Below are positions 13,692-24,599 of a stretch of DNA of 64,000 nt, piece after piece (position 1 is the stretch's first letter; every line of letters begins with the position of its first letter). Position numbers and translations under genes: made by a program. Below the pieces are notes generated by a model that did not search any database, had not been told where the DNA came from, and saw only the letters and a program-made list of their open reading frames with translations. Source of the DNA: Eledone cirrhosa (taxonomy: Eukaryota); contig CAXHJY010001145.1 in NCBI GenBank assembly GCA_964016885.1, positions 1 to 64,000 of the forward strand, read 5' to 3'.

Positions 13692-14290
13692 ATATTAATA
13701 AGAGGAATTCCAAGTTTGTCTGATTTACTCGTTTTATTTACAATCCTTTAAAATATATATAATGGTATTATAATGAAATAGTAGGTTATGGCCAGTGGAT
13801 TGGCAGTATCGGTAGAGGGTCGGACGCCATGCTTTGACGCATAGAGTTACGGCCCTTGCCATTCTGAGTTCAAATCCCGCCGAGGTTAACTTTGCCTTTC
13901 ATCCTTATGGGGTCGCTAAAATAAAGTACCAGTAATACACTGGGTAATTGCTGGCCTTGTGCCAAAAGTAGAAACAATTATAATGAAATAGTATGATAGA
14001 ATATTAAATTCTAAGTGTTAATTGAACAAGTACTTTCATGCTTTCTTAATCTTCAGGTTCATGATATGTGGTGACAGTCGAGTTTGCAATTTTCAACTGT
14101 TGAAAATTGCAAACTCGACTGTCACCACATATGAACCTGAAGATTAAGAAAGCATGAAAGTACTTGTTCAATTAACACTTAGAATTTAATATTCTATCAT
14201 ACTATTTCATTATAATACCATTATATATATTTTAAAGGATTGTAAATAAAACGAGTAAATCAGACAAAGTTGGAATTCCTCTTATTAATA
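13692..14290. repeat. Fold-back palindrome (centre ~14098) with decayed hammerheads on both arms; SINE inserted in the left arm
   Basis: Arms of ~190 bp are reverse complements once the SINE is removed; TGAAC-CTGAAGA..GAAA-GTAC-TT-GTTCA at 14132-14170 (+) and 14023-14061 (-), with stem II unpaired. Confidence 0.85.
13794..13980 (+). mobile_element. SINE (dominant family)
   Basis: Full body; TSD ATTATAATGAAATAGTA. Confidence 0.9.
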
Positions 14291-14344
14291 TAGTCTTCTA
14301 TACACAATCATACACACCCGTGTATATTTACCTATCTATATCTA

Positions 14345-14375
<31 letters not shown>

Positions 14376-14377
<2 letters not shown>

Positions 14378-14480
14378 CAAAACAATTTGGTTTAACTTTA
14401 TAATATTATGATCTGAATATTATAAAATTAAATCAAATTGTTTAGAACTACAAGTGAAGTTATTCTTTTACTTTAAAAAA

Positions 14481-14490
<10 letters not shown>
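14376..14490. repeat. Right arm of inverted repeat paired with 7640-7750
   Basis: Reverse complement of 7640-7750. Confidence 0.85.
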
Positions 14491-14512
<22 letters not shown>

Positions 14513-14514
<2 letters not shown>

Positions 14515-14683
14515 TTGTTATGCTTTGGGAGGGTCATGTTGCCAATAGGAAACACATAATAAATTGAAGTGAAAGCAACTGGTGCGTGTGTTTCTTATTG
14601 GCAACATGACCCTCCCAAAGCATAACAATATCGGTTTCAACACACGTTTTCAGATAAAGAATCTTGCTAAACAAATTCAGAAA

Positions 14684-14685
<2 letters not shown>
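14513..14685. repeat. Dispersed hairpin repeat family (TATTGTTATRCTTTGGGAG..CATG)
   Basis: Internal inverted arms 14513-14545 and 14596-14630; related copies at 29065-29150, 29420-29512, 46050-46125, 46690-46790. Confidence 0.7.
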
Positions 14686-14732
<47 letters not shown>

Positions 14733-14778
14733 TATATCATACCCAAAACACCAGCATCAACAGAATAGACCAAGAATA

Positions 14779-14985
14779 GACCTGTTATTTTTCTCTAAAG
14801 ACATTTTTTCCGATTCCTCGCTACCCGTCCCTTTGATCTTTCTAATTTTTCATTCTTTCTTCTGACAAAGGACTTGCGTCCGAAACTTTATGACCTTCTT
14901 CTTGCTACTTCAAACGTTAAACTAATATATACCTTCCATATACTTACCGATTGTGTTGTAATTTCTGTTTACCTTTTACATGCGT

Positions 14986-15080
<95 letters not shown>

Positions 15081-15152
15081 ATCCCGCCCGTCCCCTCAAT
15101 CTATCTTATTTCTCGTTCTTTCTTCTGATGAAGGACTAGCGTCCGAAATGTT
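14779..15152 (+). mobile_element. Tandem PLE pseudo-LTRs with hammerheads; second copy split by the LTR element and continuing at 19385-19480
   Basis: TCTT-CTGATGA-AGGAC(TAGC)GTCC-GAAA-TGTT|AAGA; same family as minus-strand copies at 60750-60890, 62430-62595, 62925-63130. Confidence 0.8.
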
Positions 15153-15553
15153 TGTGGGTATGGTGTGGTGTGCGGTGGCCGGAGGCTGGGGAGTGCTTGA
15201 CCAGAAGAGTGCTTGACCGGAAGGGTGCTTGGCCGGAAGGGTGCTCGACCGGAAGGGCCAGCAGGTCGGTCTCTCTCTAGGGTAATCAGCGAAGTGGTGG
15301 ACGTCTGTTTTACAGCTCCCGGTTAACGAGTTGGATTGTACGCGCGTGGGAGAGCAGAAACCAGCCATTGGATTAGCGGCGCCTGCGAAAGCGGTAAGTG
15401 AAGTAGCTTTTTCTAACCACAAGCTATTTCGGCACTGGAAACTGAGATCTGATTGATAAAAAAAAAAAAGAACTTTCTCGAAAACAAAGCTACTGGAAAA
15501 ACAGAGAGGAGTCTGTTGTTTTTTTATTACTTACCGCAAGACAAAATTAGGAT

Positions 15554-16324
15554 ATGGCGACGAGATTACGAATGAGCGAAGTGATTAGGGCATTTACCGG
15601 TGAAGGCGATGTTGTCGCTTGGCTGCGAAAAGTCCGGCTGGTCGCAAGCTTACAGAAGATAGAAGATGTGGCTGGCCTCATGGCACTATACCTCGAGGGG
15701 GGGGGGGTGGTGCGTTGGCACTCTTCCTAGAGATGGATGAACACAGCCAAAGGGATGCGCAAAAGATTGAGAGGCGCATGGTGGGAGCGTTCGCGGAGGA
15801 ACCGTTAGCCGCTTTTGCTAAGCTGGCAAGAATTAGATGGAACGGTGAACGCCTTGAAATTTTCGCAGCGGAAATACGGCGATTGGCCATGTTGGCTGGA
15901 TATCAGGTGGAATGCTAACGCACGGTGCGGTTGGCATTCATAAATGGATTTCCAGACGACATAACGGTAAAACTGCAGCAAGTCCCGGGTTACAAAGAAA
16001 TGGAGATGCGTGCACTGGTGGAGCAAGCCCGCATCATAGCAGAAGATGCCAAGAAGAGTGTCGCGGCGATAGCAATTACAGAGGCCCCGAGGCAGCTGGC
16101 AGCGAAATGGTGAAAGGGAGGCAACCACGACACGCGGTCGCCCGCGAACGTTTAGAGGTCGCTGTTTTAGGTGCCAGGGCCCGCACATGGCGAGAGACTG
16201 TAGAGAGTCAAGGCCGGAAAAAATATGCTACCGGTGTAAGCGACCAGGCCACATCGCTACTAGCTGCGACCAGGGAAACGATCCAAGGGGAACTACTGCG
16301 CCGGTAGTTGCCCCTTACGAGTAG
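15554..16324 (+). pseudogene. gag: gag with two zinc knuckles
   Basis: MATRLRMSEVIRAFTGEGDVVAWL..; CFRCQGPHMARDC and CYRCKRPGHIATSC; frameshift at the poly-G near 15697 and internal stops. Confidence 0.85.
16273..16316 (+). promoter_or_regulatory. Programmed -1 ribosomal frameshift signal (gag to pol)
   Basis: G GGA AAC heptamer in the gag frame, 5-nt spacer, hairpin AAGGGG-AACTAC..GTAGTT-G-CCCCTT; the -1 frame is open into the protease ORF at 16330. Confidence 0.85.
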
Positions 16325-19115
16325 AGGCGTTGCCCGTGGTGGAAGTCTTCGTGAGGGGAAAGCCACAGCGAGCCCTCGTGGACACGGGCTGTACGACGAC
16401 ACTGGTGACCGCGGGGGTGGCGCAGAGGTGGAGAGGGAAGAGCAGCATAAGGGCAGTCGACGGTAGGAAAATTGAATGCCGAGGTCGCAGCGAGATGGAG
16501 ATGGCGGTACGGGGAAAGAAAATAAGGCGTTCTGCCATCGTAGTCGACAACGTGGTGGATGGGATCGGCGTAGTTATGGGCATGGACGCAATTGGCCGTC
16601 TAGGAGGCGTCACAGTGAACAACGTCGGTGTGTCGTTTGGCGGCGCCGCATCGGTATGCGCTGTGAGTACGCGACAGGAGAACCAGAAGGCCCACGAGGA
16701 GAAATACCCCGCTTACACTGTGCAGGACAAAGACTTCAAGGCCGTGTTCGATGGGAAACGATGGGTTGTTGGGTGGTACTGGAAGGGAGAACCACCAACA
16801 CTGAAGACCAAAGTGGGCTGCTATCAACACACATTGAAGAGACATTAGGAGCGAGTTCGAGCGAGAGGTAGATGGATGGATTGAGGAGGGTATACTGCTT
16901 CCCTGGAAAGAGGAGGTGAAGTGCGGAGTATTGCCATTAATGGCGGTGGCGCAACCCACGAAGAACAAGGTGAGGCCGGTACTGGACTTTCGGGAGCTGA
17001 ACGAGCACATGTCATGCCACACGGTTGGCGAGGTCACGGATGTCTGTGGAGAAACCCTGCGTGAGTGGAGACGCATGACGGGGGCTTCCGCAATCGTCGA
17101 TCTAAAGTCGGCATACTTACAATTACACATAGAAGAGAAGCTCTGGCAGTATCAGCTGGTCAGGTATAAGGGCCAGACATATTGCCTGACCAGGCTCAGT
17201 TTCGGGCTGAGCTCTGCACCGAAGATCATGGCAGCGGTACTCAAGACCATTCTGGGAAAGCCGACAAGATGAAGAGGGCCACTAATTCCTACATTGACGA
17301 CATCCTAGTGGACGAGTCTGTAGTGTCGGCGGCGGAGGTCACGAGCCATTACAGGGGTATGGACTGGCTGCGAAGCCGTCAGAAGCGTTGGAGGAGGAGC
17401 CGCGCTGGGACTTAGGCTACGGCGAGACAGGACGGGCGTCTTAGTATTCCAGAGGGGAAATGAAGTTCCAGAACTGGGCCCAAGTATGAGTAGGCGGGAG
17501 CTTTTCTCGGCGTGTGGAAAGCTGGTGGGTCACTACCCGATTGCTGGGTGGCTCCGGACGGCATGCAGCTATGTCAAGAGACCTCCGGCGGGGTGACTTG
17601 GAGTGACAGAGTGGGAGAGAGGACGGTGGCTATGATGCAGGAGATAGTGGAGAGGGTGAAGGCCAACGACCCAGTGCGGGGACGCTGGTATGTTCCCAAA
17701 TCGCAGAGCAGGACCGTATGGTGCGATGCCAGCAACATAGCGCTGGGTGTCACGTTGGAGATAGGAGGTGTTAAGGTCGAGGATGCAGCCTGGCTTAGAA
17801 GGACGATTGCAACCACATCAATGTGGCCGAACTGGACGCGGTGTTGAGAGGGGTGAACCTCGCCCTGAGGTGGGGACTGCGCACCATCGAGATATGCACC
17901 AACTCGGCTACTGTACTCGGATGGGTGAGATCAGTGCTCACCAGTGAGAAGAGAGTGCGAACGAGAAGGGTGGCGGAGATGCGGATAAAGCGCCGCCTGG
18001 GAACTTTAGGAGAGCTGGCCACCGAGTTCGACCTGAGGCTGAGTGTAGTTTTCGTGCCCTCAGAGAAAAATAGGGCGGACGTTTTAACCAGGGTGAAGAA
18101 AGCCTGGATGGAAGCGCCGGAGGAGGTAGAAGAGGAGATAGCTGCAAGTGTGTTGGCTGACCGAGTCGGATCTGAAATGGTTGCATGACATGCACCACAT
18201 GGGAGTGGATAGGACTCTGTTCCTAGCCAGGAGAATCGACTCGGATGTTAACAAGCACAGTGTTCAAAGAGTGGTTAGAGGCTGCGTCCGATGTCAGTCC
18301 ATTGATCCCGCCCCGGGTGGGCACGAAATGGGAAGCCTCCCAGTGGATCGCGACTGGAAGCGATTGGCGGTGGATGTAACACACTACCGACAGGGAACAT
18401 ACCTCTCAATGGACGACTGTGGACCGGGACGGATGGCGATATGGAGGGAGATGAAGACTGGAACGGCCGAGGAAATCACGCGGACGTTGAGAGAGGTGTT
18501 CTTGGAGCGGGGCCCTGTGGACGAACTGCTGATGGACAACAGCGCAGCTTTTCGCTTGGAGGCGCCGCTGAGGGAGATGCTCTATGGATGGAAGGTGGAC
18601 CGTTTCTTCAGAGCAGCGTACAGGCCGAGCGGAAATGGAATCGTAGAGCGACACCACCGGACGATCAAAGCAATGGCGGAGCGGGGCCACATCTCACCAA
18701 TGGAGGCAGTGTTCTGGTACAACATGTCTCCTCGGGTGAGACAGGTTGAGGAATCGGTGCCACACAGAGCAGTATTCAGATACGAGTGGCGGCACCCGTG
18801 CATGCCACCACAACAGCCAGTGGAGAGAGAGAATGCATTCGTCCAGGTGGGCGAAGAAGTCTGGGTTAAGCTCCCAGATGCACGTTGCACATCTCAATGG
18901 GGAAGGGGAACGGTGACGGCCGTAAATTCCCAGAACAATGTGTCCGTGGACGGAGTACCACGTCATGTCCTGGATGTCCGTAGAATCACTGTGTCAACGG
19001 ACTCCGAGGAAGAGGAAACCCAAAGTGCCGCCCCAACAATGCGGAGATCGCAAAGAAGTCGCAAACCACCAACCTGGACAGCAGACTTTCATATGCAGAA
19101 GGACGAGGGGTGGCG
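16279..19115 (+). pseudogene. pol: pol: protease, RT, RNase H, integrase (disrupted)
   Basis: ALVDTGC; RPVLDFRELN, VDLKSAYLQL, SFGLSSAP, SYIDDILV; WCDAS..HINVAELDAV; H..H..C..C, VDVT, MDNSAAF, GNGIVERHHRTIK; several stops and frameshifts. Confidence 0.93.
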
Positions 19116-19494
19116 TGTGAGTATGGTGTGGTGTGCGGTGGCCGGAGGCTGGGGAGTGCTCGACCGGAACAGTGCTTGACCGGAAGGGTGCTTGCCGGAA
19201 GGATGCTCGACCGGAAGGGCCAGCAGGTCGGTCTCTCTCTAGGGTGATCAGCGAACGTGGTGGACGTCAGTTTTGCAGCTCCCGGTTAACGAGTTGGATT
19301 GTACGCACGTGGGAGAGGAGAAACCAGCCATTGGATTAGCGGCGCCTGCGAAAGCGGTCAGTGAAGTAGCTTTTTCTAACCACAATGTTAAGACCCCCCT
19401 TCCTGCTATATCAAGCGTTAGCCTAATATATCCCTTCCATATACTGTACCGATTGTGTTGTTATTTCTGTTAACTTTTACATACATACATACAT

Positions 19495-19536
<42 letters not shown>

Positions 19537-19631
19537 AAAATATGTATAACGTCGAGTACTTTTGATTGTTGTATCAAGTTCTGCTAATCGGAATGACTTG
19601 ATCTACATATCAGTTAAACCATCAAACGTAA

Positions 19632-19705
<74 letters not shown>

Positions 19706-19715
19706 AACATATACA

Positions 19716-20167
19716 TGTAACGAAGGGTATTAGTAGTGGTTGTTAGATGAAATAATAAGAATAGCTGATTTACTTTATATATAAAAAGGTTTACTTCACT
19801 TCAGTCAAAAAGAACAACAAACAAGTTACCACGAGTCACAAAGGTTGATGATGTTATTTTGTTGTTGGTTCATGAGGCTGGTGTAGTCTGAGACCAGGAG
19901 AGAGAGAGTAATGGTCTGTGGTTGTCTGTAGACCTCAGCGGCCTGTAGGTAGCGGTGAATCTTTACATAGATTGTCTATAGAGTACGGCTCCCATCTCTC
20001 AGTGTGTTACACGTGGGATGATACAGGCTTTTTATACCTGTCGATTTCTGTCTCCCTCCTCGAGGGATCGCCCACGCATGAATCTGTCCACGCCGAAAAG
20101 GATGGTGACCTAGAATTTGACTTCTAGGTGTCACCCAGGGTTCAAGGCGTGGACAGATTTCGCAACA
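19716..20167 (-). mobile_element. Probable solo LTR of an unrelated family
   Basis: TGTAACGAA..TTCGCAACA termini, TATAAAA on the minus strand near 20030, imperfect flanking repeat TACA/CACA in a (CA)n context. Confidence 0.5.
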
Positions 20168-20584
20168 CACATACACACACATTAAACGAATTACATTTCA
20201 CGTATTTATTGAAGTCAAGTTTTACATATATACAATCAATAGAGCGAATGATCAGTAACAATAAAAATTGAATTAGATCGTTTACTGGTTTCAGTCATTC
20301 AACTACAGTCACACTGAGGCCATTTAACCCAATCTACTGCTATCATACAGATATATATTTTATTAAGACGCTAACTGTCAACATGATATTGCTGAGAGAA
20401 AAAGAAAAAAAAAGAAAGAAAGAAAAGGGAAAAGAAAAAAGAAAGAGAAAAAGAAAAAAAAACACACAAGCAGGTAATACATACATCTGGGACCACATAC
20501 AACAAAAGGCAGGCAAAAGGGGTAGAGAAGCAGACCGTTGCCAGAGCAAAATATAACAACGCGAGGAGGACTGGGAAACCTCTC

Positions 20585-20795
20585 TGATAATGTTTTAGGC
20601 AAGCCAGCACGCTCGAAGCGTTACCTCGGGTGATGGCGAGGCTGATGCGCTGGAACAACCAAGCGCCTTCACGAGCATCACCAGTTAGGCCAGCTGCCAA
20701 TGAAGATAAGAACCTCGTTGTCAGTAGCCCGACTCCCCCAGATGCCTCGAATATCACAGGCTGGAAAATGTAGTGAGCCGACAGATCACGTATTT
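20585..20795 (-). pseudogene. 3' fragment of CRE-clade non-LTR retrotransposon (restriction-like endonuclease C-terminus)
   Basis: FQPVIFEASGGVG..TGDAREGAWLFQRISLAITRGNASSVL. Confidence 0.75.
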
Positions 20796-21064
20796 ACTAA
20801 TATAGATCACTATTTAAAAATAAAATTAGAATTTTATTTCTCGCCCTAGCACAGCTGATACATAAATGTAAGTATGCACACGCACACACGCACATATATA
20901 TACACACATATATATACATACATCATATATACATATACATATGTACGTATGGGTTATATCGAACATTAAGAATAATGTTCGATTCGTTTGTAAACAAACG
21001 GCCCGATTTAAAGTTGTGCCGGTGACCAATCGTCACCTGTTTGTTCAACGCTGGCTTTGAGGAA

Positions 21065-21105
21065 CAATCAACATGTTTCTGGGTCATTACCCTTCATCGG
21101 GACTG
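21065..21105 (-). ncRNA. Minimal hammerhead (core CCGATGA, probably inactivated)
   Basis: CAGTC-CCGATGA-AGGGT(AATG)ACCCA-GAAA-CATG-TT-GATTG. Confidence 0.55.
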
Positions 21106-21207
21106 TATACCTGATCACTATTTATCGAACCACTAAAGAGAGAGAGAGGGTGTGAAAGAGTGAGGATAAGAGCAAAAGAGAAATAATAGAGGGTGACAGT
21201 GAGAGAA

Positions 21208-21275
<68 letters not shown>

Positions 21276-21734
21276 CATGAGAAGAAAGAAGAATACTGCG
21301 TGGTTGCACATGAGTTACATATGATAAAATTAGTCCTTCGTCAGTGATTTGCCAACCATCATTGATATTTCATCGCATTAAAAATCATATACCTCAGGTT
21401 GGTGCGAGCAATAACTAAAAAAAGCTATTGGGACAAGTAAATCGCGTAAAGCGAGTGAGACAAGTAAACAACATAGAAGGATGAAAGCAACGCAAAGATG
21501 GGAAAAAACAAGCAACATGGTTATCCGGTCAGCATAAGCTGGGTGGATTTCATGAGCGATCAAGATACAGACCATCCGACGTGAGTGAGATGTGAGCAAG
21601 AAGAGAACCCACTACTAGCCATATATATATATATATGTTTCTTCTTCTTCTTCGCCCGTTGTTTCCTCAGCCTCACTTTCATATTTCTTATATTTTGTTT
21701 TCAAATTCATATTTAATAAAAACGCCATGTTTTA

Positions 21735-21792
21735 TTCATTCTGACGACTGAAAACAGATTTATCTGCTTTCAAGAAACCACTGGTAAATGAA
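21735..21792 (+). ncRNA. Hammerhead in pseudo-LTR family B (21640-21825)
   Basis: TTCATT-CTGACGA-CTGAAAACAGAT(TT)ATCTGCTTTCAA-GAAA-CCACTGG-TA-AATGAA. Confidence 0.85.
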
Positions 21793-21818
21793 ATAATTAT
21801 CTTATGTTGTTTATTACA

Positions 21819-21865
<47 letters not shown>

Positions 21866-21867
21866 AT

Positions 21868-22272
21868 GATATTAAATAAATGGAAACTATGTTTATAAAA
21901 CCATATTTATTCTATTATATATATTTCAAGGGTACCAAGACTTTGGTACGCTCTCATCAGATAAAATACAAAGTTTGTTTCATAAATATTGACATATCCA
22001 GATCTTAACGGTTCAACTATCAAGGAAAAACTTGATACATGACATACCCCGAGATGTTAAATGGTTAAGATTTAATCATTTAACATTAATCTTAACCATT
22101 TAACATCTCATTTAAATATGTATAATAAAATGTAATTGATCAAAAGAACATCTATTTTATTAATATTTGTATTTTAATATTAATAACTCTGGAAAATTAT
22201 TTTTCGTAGAGTGCTTCCAATCTACTGTAAAACTCATTCTTTGATATACTCATTGAATCTTGTTTAACTCTT
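21868..22272 (-). mobile_element. PLE 3' end: endonuclease tail remnant plus pseudo-LTR family A, hammerhead at 21909-21967
   Basis: Minus strand ..RLEALYENNFPEL..; ATTTTAT-CTGATGA-GAGCGTACCAA..TTGGTACCCTT-GAAA-TATATA-TA-ATAGAAT. Confidence 0.7.
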
Positions 22273-22394
22273 TAATATATATATATATATATATATGAAT
22301 GAAATCATTCCGTCGGAAAGGTACAGGAAAAAAGAGTGCTCTATGTAGGTTACAGAGCTTATTAGTTATGTAATAAACAACATAAGATAATTAT

Positions 22395-22452
22395 TTCATT
22401 TACCAATGGTTTCTTGAAAGCAAATAAATCTGCTTTCAGTCGTCAGAATGAA
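22395..22452 (-). ncRNA. Hammerhead, family B
   Basis: Reverse complement of the 21735 motif with intact core. Confidence 0.85.
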
Positions 22453-22569
22453 TAAAACATGGTGTTTTTATTAAATGTGGATTTGAAAACAAAAATATAA
22501 GAAATATGAAAGTGAGGCTGCGGAAACAACGAGCAAAGAAGAAAAAAAGAATTATATATATATATGTAT

Positions 22570-22664
<95 letters not shown>

Positions 22665-22955
22665 TATATATAAAATAAATAAATAAACAAACATACACAC
22701 ACACGACCACGCGCATATACTTAAAAAATAAGCTGTCACATAAGCGTATATGTATCAACCGGCATGGACAAATACATACATATACGTGAAGTAATAAGAA
22801 TAAATAAATAAATGAATAAGAACAAAAAATATTCAAAGTCAATATATATATATAATTCTTTTTTTCTTCTTCGTTCGTTGTTTCCTCAGCCTCACTTTCA
22901 TATTTCTTATATTTTTGTTTTCAAATCCACATTTAATAAAAACACCATGTTTTAG

Positions 22956-23011
22956 TCATTCTGACGACTGAAAGCAGATTTATTTGCTTTCAAGAAACCA
23001 CTGGTAAATGA
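22956..23011 (+). ncRNA. Hammerhead, family B; head-to-head with 22395-22452
   Basis: TCATT-CTGACGA-..-GAAA-CCACTGG-TA-AATGA; arms 22365-22560 and 22850-23045 are inverted. Confidence 0.85.
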
Positions 23012-23308
23012 AATAATTATCTTATGTTGTTTATTACATAACTATATATATATATAGTCAGAGAGAGAGAGAGAATAGGGAGATGATGATAGAGAGAGAG
23101 AGAGAGAGATAGGGAGAGAGAGACAGAGAGAGAATAGGGAAATGGTGATAGAGAGATGATATGTAATAGAATAAGAGTCAGAAAACTAAGAGAAAGGGAA
23201 CTAGTGAGACATAGAGAAAGAAAGACCCACACCAAGAAAGAAAGAGGCAGAGGTAAGGAAGAGAAGTAAATTTAAACAATGTCTGTTTGTAGGACCGATT
23301 ATCCATTA

Positions 23309-23555
23309 AAGGGGCGGTGGGACATGGGCATGCCCCCCCCCCCCCCTAATTATATTTTTCTCCTCAAACTACCAAAACACACATCTAGTTGTATATGCGC
23401 TACAATTTATGTACATGTTATGTTTATCGCATATCTAAGTTTTTTTTTATATATCTTGGTTGATATTTGTAAATAAGAGCTAAACTAATTACAACTAAAT
23501 TGACCAAATTTGCAGCCCCCCCCCCCATCCATCAGAAATGCTTCCACCGCCCCTG
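23309..23555. mobile_element. hAT-type MITE
   Basis: TIRs AGGGGCGGTGG / CCACCGCCCCTG. Confidence 0.55.
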
Positions 23556-23565
23556 CATTATCTAA

Positions 23566-23751
23566 TGGTGGATTGGCAGTATCGGTAGAGGGTCGGACGC
23601 CATGCTTTCCAGCATAGTTACGTCCCTTTACGATCTGAGTTCAAATCCCGCCGAGGTTGACTTTGTCTTTTATCCTTACGGGGTCGATAGAATAAAGTAC
23701 CAGTAATGCACTGGGTAATTGCTGGCCTTGTACCTAAAGTAGAAACAATTA
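23566..23751 (+). mobile_element. SINE (dominant family)
   Basis: Full body; TSD ATTATCTAAT. Confidence 0.9.
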
Positions 23752-23948
23752 TCTAATATACACCTACTGATATTTATAAATGATTAAAGCAAATTGAATG
23801 AGACATTTATTCACAAAAACAGTTCGTTATAAAATCTTTATTCAGTTAACTTCTACAATTGTTCACAGTCCAATTTCAGGAGAAATTGCACAAAAATTCT
23901 ATTTTATTCGTCAAATATTTTGTAATGTTTCCGAAAATATATTGTTAC

Positions 23949-24123
23949 TAGTGCCAGATTTAGGACAAATGAGGCCCTGTGCTAGTTAAGTTATGAGGCC
24001 CCTTACTTGGGCCCTGAAGGAGGTAAAACATTATTTTGGCAGGAAGATAGCTTACCCACCCCTCCCTGGTCAATGGGGCTCCGTGTTTAAGCCCACCTAA
24101 GCACAATGGTAAACCTGGCACTG
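23949..24123. mobile_element. hAT-type MITE
   Basis: TIR (C/T)AGTGCC..GGCACTG; related to 32909-33037. Confidence 0.65.
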
Positions 24124-24402
24124 ATTTACGTTCGTGAAATACACTAGCATCATTCCCGCAAGAGCAAGCCCGTCTCCAACGTTACTTTCTCCCTGTTCGA
24201 GTCCCACTGCCGGAATTAATGTTGCTCGCCCATTTTCTCCTCAACTTCCACTGTTAGACTACCCCCACCGTCTGTATTCTAATGTTGATCCTTCCGAACT
24301 GGTTCCCGCCAATACAGATTCTCTGTATCCTCACAAGTCACTATTTGAAGTCCATTAAGTGTCACTTGCGTTGCTGAAGATATCACAGAAGTTGCGTGTG
24401 TG

Positions 24403-24594
24403 TGGATTGGCAGTACCGGTAGAGCGTCAGACATGTTTTATGGCACAGATTTATGGCCCTTTACGTTCTGAGTTGAAATTCCGCCGATGTTAGCTATGCC
24501 TTTCATCCTTACGGGGTCGATAAAATAAAGTACCAGTTACGCACTGGGGTTTCTCCTTTCCCCAAATTGTTGGCCTATAGTAGAAATCATTATT
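24403..24594 (+). mobile_element. Diverged SINE
   Basis: Same body motif with more substitutions. Confidence 0.75.
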
Positions 24595-24599
24595 AAGGT

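Larger units (their letters stand above)
15153..19384 (+). mobile_element. Full-length LTR retrotransposon (Ty3/Gypsy domain order PR-RT-RH-IN), decayed
   Basis: 269-bp LTRs at 15153-15421 and 19116-19384, TGTG..CACA termini, 5-bp TSD ATGTT (15148-15152, 19385-19389), purine-rich tract before the 3' LTR. Confidence 0.97.

Noticed and set aside
14625-14660. CTGAAAA..GAAA motif on the minus strand (also near 46735-46760) as a hammerhead
   Set aside because: Core is non-canonical and stem I does not close
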